A stretch of 64,000 nucleotides of DNA, from positions 872,989 to 936,988 of the forward strand of contig MTMF02000009.1 in NCBI GenBank assembly GCA_002011125.2. Direction: 5' to 3'. A program made the translations under genes and the position numbers. This document shows positions 29,752-39,043 of the stretch, piece by piece (position 1 is the stretch's first letter; every line of letters starts with the position of its first letter). Origin of the DNA: Candidatus Hydrothermarchaeum profundi. Lineage in GTDB: Archaea > Hydrothermarchaeota > Hydrothermarchaeia > Hydrothermarchaeales > Hydrothermarchaeaceae. The notes beneath the pieces are model-generated. The model did no database searches. It was not told the DNA's origin and saw only the letters and a program-made list of their open reading frames with translations.

Positions 29752-30831
29752 TTATTTTGCTACACCGGTCTTTTCAAGGCATATCTCGAAGTCTTTTTTC
29801 TGCGGATCTTGATCCTCTATAATCGTGTATCTGTGGGGTCTGATAGTTTTCGAATACATAAGAGCTTCCAGCATCATTTTTTTGTTTAAGTTAATCTCTT
29901 TTGCTGTGGTTGGGGCAAGAATTTTCTCTAGCGAGTTTTTAAGTATCTCCCAGTCCCCTTCTCCATAACATTGCTGGTGCATGTATTCCATTATTATGGT
30001 GCCAATACCAACTTGTTCTCCATGAGTTCCGTCGCCGTAGCCCAAGTAATCTAGAGCATGGCTAAACTTATGGGCTGAGCCAGATACCGGTCTAGATGAC
30101 CCATACATGTTAATCGCTAGTCCACTCAATATCAGTCCACGCACTAGAAGCCTTAGAGAGCTGGTATTTTGGAAATTTAGTTCTCTAGAACTCTTTAAAA
30201 GCAGCATCGCAGGCATTGTAGATATGCTCGCGACTATTTCATCGTAGTCTTCGTCTCTCTTTTCTACTCCTAACATCCAATCTTTAACTTCAACGACATT
30301 TGATATAAGGTCCCCATATCCTGATCTTAGAAGTCTAACAGGACTGTCCTTAATGATTTCAAGGTCTGCGATAATAGAAACAGGGGATCCGACTTTGATT
30401 GAGATAGGTTTTCCTCTCTCCTTAAAACTAGCCAATGGTGAAGCTATTCCATCATGGGCCGCATTCGTAGGTATACTGATTAGAGGAGCATTTGAATGAA
30501 AGGCAACAACCTTAGCGACATCTAGCACTTTTCCACCGCCAACGCCAATAACAGCATCAGCATCACCTAAGCCGGCTCCTATCTCTTCCTCAATTTTCTT
30601 TGCAACTTGGCGTGAAGCGTTTCTGACAATAAATTTTTTAGTTCTACACTCCATAAGTTTCTGAACTTTTCTACCGGCCACCTTATCTGTTTTAGCTCCC
30701 GTCAATAATACTGCAAAGTTTATATCGTACTTTCTAGCGATTTTTTTTACATGCTCTATAGCGCCCCTATATACCCTAACATCAACAGGCAGGGATATCT
30801 GTTTTAAATGTTTAAACATCATATTTATCAC
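29752..30831 (-). CDS. egsA: sn-glycerol-1-phosphate dehydrogenase
   Basis: GVGGGKVLDVAK, PT.A.HDGIASP, SG.GDL, SRP.SGS.H.FSHALD and HGEQVG motifs. Confidence 0.88.
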   Translation of the reverse strand: MINMMFKHLKQISLPVDVRVYRGAIEHVKKIARKYDINFAVLLTGAKTDKVAGRKVQKLMECRTKKFIVRNASRQVAKKIEEEIGAGLGDADAVIGVGGGKVLDVAKVVAFHSNAPLISIPTNAAHDGIASPLASFKERGKPISIKVGSPVSIIADLEIIKDSPVRLLRSGYGDLISNVVEVKDWMLGVEKRDEDYDEIVASISTMPAMLLLKSSRELNFQNTSSLRLLVRGLILSGLAINMYGSSRPVSGSAHKFSHALDYLGYGDGTHGEQVGIGTIIMEYMHQQCYGEGDWEILKNSLEKILAPTTAKEINLNKKMMLEALMYSKTIRPHRYTIIEDQDPQKKDFEICLEKTGVAK

Positions 30832-31397
30832 ATCTGTTTCATTGAGTATATCATTCTATGAAATGTTGTAATAAATCCCAGCAGAGCTAGGAAAGCTAAG
30901 AGGTAGTAAATTTCTCCTATAAGCACTCCTATTATTATTGCCAGTATTCTGAAGTCTCGGGTTGCTAGGCCTACTTTACATTCAGCATCTACAGCTTCAG
31001 CCATTATCCTAGATACACTAACCAAGAAAGTTCCAACGATGGCGAGAGTACCCACCAGCCAGTATTTAAATGGATTAAGCGCTATTAAGGCGATTATCAG
31101 TCCTGCGTCTACAAATCGGTCTAATACTCTATCCAGATATGCGCCTTTTTTAGTCACCTTACCCGTCAACCTCGCTAAATCACCATCTGCGCAGTCCAGT
31201 ATTTGAGAGAATAGCAATACAACTACCCCGGCTATCGCATTATTTTTGGAAAGTAAATATGCTGCATAAAAGCCCGAAAATGTAGCAATCCATGTTACAT
31301 AGTTAGGGGAGATACCCGTAGGTATTAGCAGCCTAGCGAGAGGTATGGAAAATCTCCTGTAAACATAATTTGTTAAAGGATACTTCAGCTCTATCAT
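30828..31397 (-). CDS. CDP-alcohol phosphotransferase family protein
   Basis: SPN.VT and D.ADG.LAR.....T..GAYLD.VLDR signature. Confidence 0.9.
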   Translation of the reverse strand: MIELKYPLTNYVYRRFSIPLARLLIPTGISPNYVTWIATFSGFYAAYLLSKNNAIAGVVVLLFSQILDCADGDLARLTGKVTKKGAYLDRVLDRFVDAGLIIALIALNPFKYWLVGTLAIVGTFLVSVSRIMAEAVDAECKVGLATRDFRILAIIIGVLIGEIYYLLAFLALLGFITTFHRMIYSMKQM

Positions 31398-31555
31398 TTT
31401 TATTTTAAAGTTACTACGCGAAATATTAAAAGGGGACTCCGCGCATTTTCCTCTTTCTTATTTATTATTTTGCTTTTATTCCAACTAAACCCTATTTATC
31501 AGACAAAATTACTTACAACAAAACTTATTATAGTTCAATTTGTCTCTAAAGTAAA

Positions 31556-32302
31556 ATGAAGGCAGTGATTTTAGCAGCGGGAATGGGGAATAGGTTAGGG
31601 AGGCATACAGAGAACCTACCTAAGACTCTTTTACAGGTTGGCGGTAAGCCTCTATTACTCCATATTGTAGAGTGTATATACTCTAATGGTTTCAAAAAGC
31701 TGGTGATAGTTACAGGTTTTCAGCAAGATAAGATAAAGAAAGCCGTAGAGGAATTCTCCCTTCCAGATCTAGATGTAATCTATGCTCATAACCCGGATTA
31801 TGATTCTACAAACAACATATACAGCCTTAGGCTATCCGAGGAAGCTGTCCTCCCAGATGGTTTCCTTATCCTCAATTCTGATGTATATTTTCACCCATCT
31901 ATCTTGCAAAGGCTCATCGAATATAAAAAAGAGGGAATTATCTTATCGGTGGACGTAGAAAAAAAGTTGGGCAAGGAAGAGATGAAAGTGTCAATTAAGG
32001 AAGATAAAATAGAGAGCATCGGAAAAGATCTACCCCCTCACAAGTCAGACGGCGAGTACATAGGCATTGCAAGGGTAGATAAGAATTTTGCTCACATATT
32101 CTATGAAGTCCTCTCTGAAGTTATAGCAGATGAGGGTAAAGGGGTTTTTTATGAGGAAGTTTTTAAGAGATTGATCGACATGGGCTATGAAGTAAACTAT
32201 ACCACTACTGGCGGGTTACCATGGATAGAGATTGATACTCCCCGGGATCTTAAAACCGCCGAGGCAGATATTGCACCCGATATAGAGGGTCATATCAGCT
32301 AA
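31556..32302 (+). CDS. NTP transferase, phosphocholine/inositol-phosphate cytidylyltransferase-like (LicC/IPCT type)
   Basis: AVILAAG.G.RL, PK.LL, TNNIYSL, EEMKV, GEYIGI and W.EIDT..DL motifs. Confidence 0.85.
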   Translation: MKAVILAAGMGNRLGRHTENLPKTLLQVGGKPLLLHIVECIYSNGFKKLVIVTGFQQDKIKKAVEEFSLPDLDVIYAHNPDYDSTNNIYSLRLSEEAVLPDGFLILNSDVYFHPSILQRLIEYKKEGIILSVDVEKKLGKEEMKVSIKEDKIESIGKDLPPHKSDGEYIGIARVDKNFAHIFYEVLSEVIADEGKGVFYEEVFKRLIDMGYEVNYTTTGGLPWIEIDTPRDLKTAEADIAPDIEGHIS

Positions 32303-32345
32303 AAAAACATATTCTTTTCTTGTAGTCATTAAAACCTAGTTTTGT

Positions 32346-33869
32346 ATGCTTGAGAGAAATGTGGTATTCAAAGATTTTCGGGATAAAATACGGGTTGCAT
32401 TGGTCTATCCTAATAGCTATACTATTGGAATGGCTAATCTGGGGTTTAGGATTTTATATGACTTACTAAACTCTATGGAAAATGTTTACGCAGAGAGATT
32501 TTTCCTTGATTTTAACAAAAGTTTAGAAACAAAGTCTGAACTTAAGGAATTTGAAATCATCGCATTTACCTGGCAGTTTGAGCTAGACGCTCTTAACATA
32601 CTTGATATCTTATATAGGAATAAAATCCCTCTCAGGCGAGATAGGAGAAAGCAAGTGGTTATCGTAGGAGGTCCTTGTGCAGTAAACCCCTACCCGCTGA
32701 AAAAATTTGTAGACTTCTTTTTCATCGGTGAGGCAGAAGAGAATCTTGTATCTTTTATAAACGATTTCTCTCGGGGGGGTGATATTTATTCTCTATCAAA
32801 AATTGAAGGAGTCTACTCCTCTGAGTTGGATAATTATACGAGGAAGGTTTACGTAAGTGACTTGGATAGATATCATCCAATAAAGCAAATAATGTCTCCT
32901 GAGGCCGCATTGGGAGAAAGTTTCTTACTAGAGGTTTCTAGGGGCTGTGGCAGAGGCTGTAGATTTTGTATGAGTGGATACACTTTTAGACCTCAAAGGG
33001 AGAGAAGTTTTGAAAGGTTGCAGGAAATAGCTGATCGAGGTATTGAAGCGTGCGCGTCAAGGAAAATTTCATTAATAGGTGCCAGTGCCTCGGATTACCC
33101 CCGGATAGAAGATCTTTGTGAGTATCTTTCGGCTAGGGGCGTAGGGCTATCAATACCCTCATTAAGAGCGGATTCTCTCACAGAGCCAATAGTTGAGGCG
33201 CTTGTTAAGACAGGACAGCGAAGCCTTACTCTCGCTCCAGAATCTAACTGGAGGTTGAGGACTCTAGTAAACAAGCCTATCGAAGATGAGGATATACTCA
33301 GAGCTTATAAGATGTCAATTGATAGGGGCATAAAGAATATAAAGCTATATCTGATGGTAGGCATACCTACTGAGACTTCCGAGGATTTAAATGAGCTTGT
33401 TGGCTTGATAAAGGAACTTAAGAAAATATCTGGTAGAGTAAGACTTAGCGTTAATCCACTTATACCTAAGCCTCATACGCCTTTCCAGTGGCTTGGTTTA
33501 GAAAAATTGAGCGATTTAAGAGAAAAAATAGAGGTACTAAAGAAAGCCCGGGTACAGATGGAGGTCGAGGACTTAAAAATGGCACATATTCAAGCTACTA
33601 TATCCCTAGGGGACGAAGGACTCTCGGATATCCTTGAAAAAGCTTACTTCTATGGAAAGGGCTTAGGAGCTTTTAGGAGAGCTTTCAAAGAAGAAGGCGT
33701 AGAGTTTGACTATTATATTAGGGGAAGAGATACATCTGAGATTCTCCCTTGGGAAAAGATTGATGTCGGAGTAAAGAAAAGTTTTTTAATTAGGGAGTTT
33801 AAGAAATCTTTTAAAGGAGAGGTAACGAGCATTTGCAGAGAAGGTTGCAGGGTCTGCGGTGTCTGCTAA
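32346..33869 (+). CDS. Radical SAM protein with B12-binding-like N-terminus (TIGR03960-like)
   Basis: YPN.Y.IGM.NLG, GGP....NP.P, EVSRGCGRGCRFC, PSLR.D and PKPHTPFQW motifs. Confidence 0.85.
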   Translation: MLERNVVFKDFRDKIRVALVYPNSYTIGMANLGFRILYDLLNSMENVYAERFFLDFNKSLETKSELKEFEIIAFTWQFELDALNILDILYRNKIPLRRDRRKQVVIVGGPCAVNPYPLKKFVDFFFIGEAEENLVSFINDFSRGGDIYSLSKIEGVYSSELDNYTRKVYVSDLDRYHPIKQIMSPEAALGESFLLEVSRGCGRGCRFCMSGYTFRPQRERSFERLQEIADRGIEACASRKISLIGASASDYPRIEDLCEYLSARGVGLSIPSLRADSLTEPIVEALVKTGQRSLTLAPESNWRLRTLVNKPIEDEDILRAYKMSIDRGIKNIKLYLMVGIPTETSEDLNELVGLIKELKKISGRVRLSVNPLIPKPHTPFQWLGLEKLSDLREKIEVLKKARVQMEVEDLKMAHIQATISLGDEGLSDILEKAYFYGKGLGAFRRAFKEEGVEFDYYIRGRDTSEILPWEKIDVGVKKSFLIREFKKSFKGEVTSICREGCRVCGVC

Positions 33870-33904
33870 GCCTTCCTTTACCTCTTGTTATAGTGTGGTT
33901 AGAA

Positions 33905-34219
33905 ATGAGAATTAGTTGGAGCGACTTCAAAAAAATGTTTCCGCACCTTGCTAAGGAATTAGAGGGGGAATGGATGCAGATAGAAGCCGTTAGGACGGAT
34001 TCATTAGAGGCTGAGAAAGCATATAGGGATGGACTTGAGGGCTATGATCCTACTGTTATAGATTTTCTTAGGAGATGTGATACTGAAGAGCAGGGATTAG
34101 AGATTATAGACTATATGAAGGAGAGGAAGGAGATATCTGAGAAATATGCCACGGAGTTGAAGGTTCAACTCCTTAGGAATGGTATAAGGAGCTTTGGTCC
34201 AAAAAGAGAGAGTTACTGA
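33905..34219 (+). CDS. DUF2095 family protein
   Basis: FKKMFPHLAKELE, GY.PTVIDFLRRCDT.E...EII.Y...R.EI and G.RSFG motifs. Start moved to ATG 33905. Confidence 0.85.
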   Translation: MRISWSDFKKMFPHLAKELEGEWMQIEAVRTDSLEAEKAYRDGLEGYDPTVIDFLRRCDTEEQGLEIIDYMKERKEISEKYATELKVQLLRNGIRSFGPKRESY

Positions 34220-34770
34220 GTGAGATATTCTATTAGTCCAGGGGTTATGAGTACTTTTTCATTGAAGACAACATATCCATAAGGCAGGACAATTGACTCG
34301 TTTTCGTTACTCTTTATCTCCACTTCTGAGGTTATCTCTATCTCTTCTAGTTTCATTCCAAGGTAAATCATCTTTGATACTAATACAGCTGAATCTATGG
34401 AGAGTTGGATTTTACCTAGGTTCCTCGCTCTGCTCCCTTTTGATTTTGTGGTAATTAGTTTTTTTGTCCTTCCCTTAGGTTTAAAGTATCCCAGTATGCC
34501 TCCTACCACTAGGGCTTTTGCCGAGGCAAAGTCCTCCGTGCATAGTTCTCTATCAGCTAGGGGGTCAAGTATGATTAGCTCACTGGGTTTAAATAATTCA
34601 TAAAAAGAGGATTTTTCGACCCTTCCAATTTTTGAGAGGATTTCCTTGTCTTTTTGAGATTTGACTCCGGTGAAAATCAAATTATCCCATATCTCAGATG
34701 TATTCTTGTATTCTAAATATAGCCACTCTGATACTGCAGGTTCGCAATGTTCTATAATCATAACTACCAT
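34213..34770 (-). CDS. SPOUT-class methyltransferase (Sfm1/COG2428-like)
   Basis: IIEH.E...SEWL.LEY, LDP.A..EL, VGGILG...P.GRT, RNLG..Q.SID and LPY.Y motifs. Confidence 0.85.
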   Translation of the reverse strand: MVVMIIEHCEPAVSEWLYLEYKNTSEIWDNLIFTGVKSQKDKEILSKIGRVEKSSFYELFKPSELIILDPLADRELCTEDFASAKALVVGGILGYFKPKGRTKKLITTKSKGSRARNLGKIQLSIDSAVLVSKMIYLGMKLEEIEITSEVEIKSNENESIVLPYGYVVFNEKVLITPGLIEYLTQ

Positions 34771-34868
34771 AACAAAAAATTAGAAATATATAAGAAATTA
34801 AAATGTTTTTTGTGTAACCAAAATTTATATATGCCATCCGCTGTTGTTAGAAGAAATAAGGTGTCCTA

Positions 34869-35501
34869 ATGTTTGACGGCTTTGGAAAACGGTTCTGGAA
34901 AAAGCTTTTGAGATTATTTAAAAGAAAGAAAATAATACAGCTAGGCTTTTATGGACCAGTAAACGCCGGAAAAACCACCCTTGCAAATCGAATATCTCTT
35001 GACTGGCTTGGAACAGAGGTGGGCACAGTTTCTGAGATTCCGCATGAGACCAGGCATGTCCAAAAGGTTGAGAACGTGAGAGTGGCTACCGACAATGGGG
35101 AGCTAAGAATGAATATAATTGATATGCCTGGAATAGCCACGCAAGTTGATTTTAAGAGCTTCCAAGAGTACGGTATGAGCGAGGAGGATGCTAAGGAAAG
35201 GGCAAAAGAAGCTACGAAGGGAGTGATAGAAGCTATAAAATGGTTAGATGATGTTGATGCAGTACTTATTGTGATGGACTCAACGGAGGATCCATATACC
35301 CAGGTGAATGTTACGATTATTGGAAATCTAGAGGCGAGGGGGATACCTGCTATAATTGTAGCCAATAAGATAGACGACGAAAGAGCATCGCCTTCAAGCA
35401 TAGAAAATGCGTTTCCACAGCATGTTGTCATTCCTATATCTGCGCGGACTGGTGAGAATCTAGACAAGCTTTATCAAGCTATTCAAGAGCATCTTACGTA
35501 G
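34869..35501 (+). CDS. oapA: Era-like GTP-binding protein OapA
   Basis: G.YGP.NAGKTTLANRI, S.IPHETR, EAT.GVIEAIKWL, DP.TQVN and NKID motifs. Confidence 0.9.
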   Translation: MFDGFGKRFWKKLLRLFKRKKIIQLGFYGPVNAGKTTLANRISLDWLGTEVGTVSEIPHETRHVQKVENVRVATDNGELRMNIIDMPGIATQVDFKSFQEYGMSEEDAKERAKEATKGVIEAIKWLDDVDAVLIVMDSTEDPYTQVNVTIIGNLEARGIPAIIVANKIDDERASPSSIENAFPQHVVIPISARTGENLDKLYQAIQEHLT

Positions 35502-35923
35502 TGGTGGTTAAGATGGGAATTCAAGTTGACTTCATATCTTCAGAATCGCTGCGAAGTAAAGGCTCTGTAGAAAAAATAAACATGATCTTGGAGAAGATAA
35601 AAAATAATGTTATTGTGGTGCTTGAAGACGGGCTCACTCCAGTTGAAGAAACAGAACTGATTGAGGCAACTATGCGGGAGATAGATACAGAAGATTTTCA
35701 TGGGATAGAATTCTACAGAATGGATCATAAAACTACTAGGTTGCGGGACAAAATCGCGGACTATATTTCAGGTAGGAAGTCCGGGCTAACTATAGTGGGC
35801 TCTGCTAGGATTGTTGAAGCAATAAGAAAAGAACCAGATTATATATCTATGCTCGCTAAGCTTGAAGAGGAGAGCTCTGAGAAGAAAAAGAAGAGAAAAT
35901 CTAAGAAAAAAGGTGTAAAATAA
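35501..35923 (+). CDS. oapB: DUF2073 family protein OapB
   Basis: EKI..IL..I....IVVLE.GLTP.EE..LIE.TM..I....F.GIE motif; operon context. Confidence 0.88.
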   Translation: MVVKMGIQVDFISSESLRSKGSVEKINMILEKIKNNVIVVLEDGLTPVEETELIEATMREIDTEDFHGIEFYRMDHKTTRLRDKIADYISGRKSGLTIVGSARIVEAIRKEPDYISMLAKLEEESSEKKKKRKSKKKGVK

Positions 35924-36264
35924 TGCCTCACAGATGTACTAGGTGTGGCAAGACCTATGAAGAAGGCTCTGAGGCATTGTTAAAAGGTTGCAGCTGTGGG
36001 AATAGATATTTTTTGTATTACCGGAGAATAACTGATAAGGAAGCTGAAGAATTTAAGACCAAGGAGCAAATTAAAGAAATAACTGGTAAGGACATCTGGA
36101 ATATTAAGGTCAAGAATGGTGTCTACGAAATAGACATAGCTTCTCTTATGAAACAGGAGCCAATAATTGTGGCAGGTGAGGAGGGGAGATATCTTCTGAG
36201 CCTTTCATCAGTTTTTAAAGAAAAAAAGAAGAAAATTAAGTATCCTGAAAGGATTAAGAAGTAA
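35923..36264 (+). CDS. oapC: Zn-ribbon protein OapC (DUF2072)
   Basis: MPHRCT.CG..Y..GS..LL.GC.CG...F.Y and G.YEID...L motifs. Confidence 0.88.
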   Translation: MPHRCTRCGKTYEEGSEALLKGCSCGNRYFLYYRRITDKEAEEFKTKEQIKEITGKDIWNIKVKNGVYEIDIASLMKQEPIIVAGEEGRYLLSLSSVFKEKKKKIKYPERIKK

Positions 36265-37162
36265 GATATTCTAGTAACTCACGTATACCATTCTCTAATC
36301 CTATTTCTGGTCTCCATCCAAGTTTTTTCTTGGCTTTTTTTATATCCAAGCATATACGATACACCTCCCCTTTTATAGGAGGCCCGTATATAGGCGTAAT
36401 ATTTTTTCCTAGTATAGAGCGGATAGTATTAAAAATCTCGTTAACAGAGGTTTCCCTGCCTGTTCCGATATTAAAAGCTTGGCTTGACACCTTTTTTTCA
36501 ATTGCCATGAGATTTGCTTTCGCAACATCTTTAACATAAACGAAATCTCTGGTTTGATTTCCGTCTCCGTTGATTTTAGGCCTATTTCCGTCAAGCATCC
36601 TTTTAGCAAATATTGCGACAACGCCTGCCTCGCCATAAGGGTCTTGCCTCGGTCCATACACATTTCCATATCTCAGCGACACATATTTCAGACCATATGT
36701 TTTACTAAAAGAGTGTAAGTAATTCTCTACCGCAAATTTAGATACTCCATAGGGCGACAGTGGTTTAACCGGGTGTTCTTCGTCCACAGGTAGATATTCA
36801 GGTTCTCCATATATGGCCCCTCCGGATGAGGCATATACAAACTTTTCTACGTCAAGGCAGTTTTCTATTAGATTTATCGACCCCAATATGTTTACCTGAG
36901 AGTCGAATACAGGATCCTCAAGCGACTTTCTTACTTGGACTTGGGCCCCCATATGTAATACGCAGTCGATTTCCTCTTTTTTTATTATGTCGTTTAACTC
37001 ATCTAAGATGCTAGCCCTATAGAAGATTGCCTCTCTATTTATGTACTCTTTTTTTCCTGTAGAGAGGTCGTCGATTACTACTACCTCATAACCTTCAGAT
37101 ATCAAAAGGTCCACAGTATTCGAACCTATAAAGCCTGCCCCGCCTGTTACTAGTACTTTCAT
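36254..37162 (-). CDS. NAD-dependent epimerase/dehydratase (UDP-glucose 4-epimerase-like)
   Basis: VTGGAGFIGS, SSGGAIYG, PYG.SK, RY.NVYGPRQ and GDG.QTRDFVYV motifs. Start moved to ATG 37162. Confidence 0.9.
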   Translation of the reverse strand: MKVLVTGGAGFIGSNTVDLLISEGYEVVVIDDLSTGKKEYINREAIFYRASILDELNDIIKKEEIDCVLHMGAQVQVRKSLEDPVFDSQVNILGSINLIENCLDVEKFVYASSGGAIYGEPEYLPVDEEHPVKPLSPYGVSKFAVENYLHSFSKTYGLKYVSLRYGNVYGPRQDPYGEAGVVAIFAKRMLDGNRPKINGDGNQTRDFVYVKDVAKANLMAIEKKVSSQAFNIGTGRETSVNEIFNTIRSILGKNITPIYGPPIKGEVYRICLDIKKAKKKLGWRPEIGLENGIRELLEYLTS

Positions 37163-38175
37163 CTTGCCCCCGTGAACCATTTTATCGTCTTCTTTATCCC
37201 TTCTTCTAAGGATACTTTAGGTTTCCACTTGAGGAGGCGTTTAGCCTTAGAGATATCCGGGCATCTCCTTTTTGGGTCGTCTTTTGGGAGGGGATAAAAG
37301 GTGATTTTTGATTGAGAACCGGTCAGTCTTTTAACCAGTTCAGCTAATTCAAGTATAGATGTTTCCTTATCGTTGCCAATGTTGACAACCTCTCCTTTAG
37401 CATCCATTGAGGTCAATCTTAGAATACCTTCTATCTGGTCTGTGATGTATGTGAAACTCCTAGTCTGTGAGCCGTCTCCGAACACTGTTATTGGTTCTCC
37501 TTTTAGCGCTTGGTCTATGAATCTCGGCACTACACGACCATATATGTCTCCTGTTCGCATACGAGGTCCGTAGCTATTGAAAATTCTAACTATCCGTGTG
37601 TCAAGACCGTGTTGAAGCTCATAGGCCTTCACAAAGGCCTCGCCTGCCCGCTTTGATTCATCATAGCAACTTCTTGGACCAATTGGGTTCACATTTCCGT
37701 TATAAGTCTCAGGTGTAGGTATGAAGCTTTCATCAGGATCTCCGTATACCTCGCTGGTTGATGTATAGAGGAACCTTGCATTGTGCTCTTTGGCTATTCC
37801 TAGTGCCACCCATATCCCCATTGTGTTAGCTTTAAGAATTTGGATCGGGAACTTATCGAACTCGAAGGGAGAAGCTCTGCTAGCCATGTGCATTACTATA
37901 TCAAATTTCTCTTTGAAATATATGGGTTTAGAAATATCGTGTTCAATGAAATTTAGGTTCTCGTTATTCAGCAGATGTTCTATATTGGACATTTGGCCGC
38001 TGACTAGACTATCTATGCATGTAACTCTGGCCCCCATCTCTATGAGTACGTCACATGTCCAAGAACCTATAAAGCCTGCCCCGCCTGTAATGAGGATATG
38101 TAAATCAGAAAAACTTATCCCCTCTTCTTTCAATGAAGATACGATCTCTCTGACTCCTTCATTGATGACGTTCAA
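37159..38175 (-). CDS. UDP-glucuronate decarboxylase (UDP-xylose synthase) family
   Basis: STSEVYGDP, GNVNPIGPRSCYDESKR, RIFNSYGPRM and DDP.RR.PDI motifs. Confidence 0.9.
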   Translation of the reverse strand: MNVINEGVREIVSSLKEEGISFSDLHILITGGAGFIGSWTCDVLIEMGARVTCIDSLVSGQMSNIEHLLNNENLNFIEHDISKPIYFKEKFDIVMHMASRASPFEFDKFPIQILKANTMGIWVALGIAKEHNARFLYTSTSEVYGDPDESFIPTPETYNGNVNPIGPRSCYDESKRAGEAFVKAYELQHGLDTRIVRIFNSYGPRMRTGDIYGRVVPRFIDQALKGEPITVFGDGSQTRSFTYITDQIEGILRLTSMDAKGEVVNIGNDKETSILELAELVKRLTGSQSKITFYPLPKDDPKRRCPDISKAKRLLKWKPKVSLEEGIKKTIKWFTGAR

Positions 38176-38179
38176 TTGT

Positions 38180-39043
38180 CTACACCTTGTTTAAAAGTTC
38201 TTTGAGATACTTTTTAAGCTCAGGACCGTTTTCCTCGCTATTCAAGGCTATTTCTATCGTACTCTTAAGCCAATCAATCTTTGTTCCTATGTCATACCTT
38301 CTTCCTTGGAAGTTATATGCATAGACAGCTTGGATATCTTTCAGTAGCCGTATAGCATCGGTTAGCTGTATTTCCCCACCAACTCCCGGCTTAGTTTTCC
38401 TAATGCACTCAAAGATTTCAGGAGTAAGAACATATCTGCCGATTATTCCTAAATCAGATGGGGCTTCCTCGGGGCTAGGTTTTTCAACTAGGTCTTCTAT
38501 GCGATAAACGTCATTAATAGGGGTCACCTTAACTATCCCATAGCTCGAGATCTTTTCTTTGTTGACCTTTTCAACCGCTATGATTGAAGCTTTATACTCC
38601 TCATATTTTTTGATTAGCTGCTTTGTGCAGGGAGTCTCGCTAATTGTTATTGTATCCCCTAATAATACAGCAAAGGGCTCATTGCCTACGAACTTTCTAG
38701 CACAGAATATAGCATCTCCTAAGCCCTTCTGTTCTTTCTGCCGAATATAGTGGATATCCGCCATATTAGCACTGGCTTCAAGTTCTTCTATAAGGTCAAA
38801 CTTTTCTCCTTTTATTAGAGTATTCTCCAGCTCAAAAGACCTATCGAAGTGATCTTCTATCGCCCTCTTTCCTCTGCCTGTTATTATTAATATGTTATCT
38901 ATACCTGAATCAACGGCCTCCTTTACAACATACTCTATGGTAGGCCTATCATAAACTGGAAGCATCTCTTTTGGCTGGGCTTTTGTAATTGGAAAAAACC
39001 TTGTTCCTAGTCCTGCGGCAGGGATAACAGCCTTCACCAACAT
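38180..39043 (-). CDS. galU: UTP-glucose-1-phosphate uridylyltransferase (GalU/AglF)
   Basis: KAVIPAAGLGTRF.P.TKAQPKEMLP, LGD, VEKP and GEIQLTDA motifs. Confidence 0.93.
   Translation of the reverse strand: MLVKAVIPAAGLGTRFFPITKAQPKEMLPVYDRPTIEYVVKEAVDSGIDNILIITGRGKRAIEDHFDRSFELENTLIKGEKFDLIEELEASANMADIHYIRQKEQKGLGDAIFCARKFVGNEPFAVLLGDTITISETPCTKQLIKKYEEYKASIIAVEKVNKEKISSYGIVKVTPINDVYRIEDLVEKPSPEEAPSDLGIIGRYVLTPEIFECIRKTKPGVGGEIQLTDAIRLLKDIQAVYAYNFQGRRYDIGTKIDWLKSTIEIALNSEENGPELKKYLKELLNKV

Noticed and set aside
34770-36264. Replication origin beside oapABC
   Set aside because: No cdc6/orc1 gene, no ORB-like repeats seen, and the upstream spacer is only about 100 bp.
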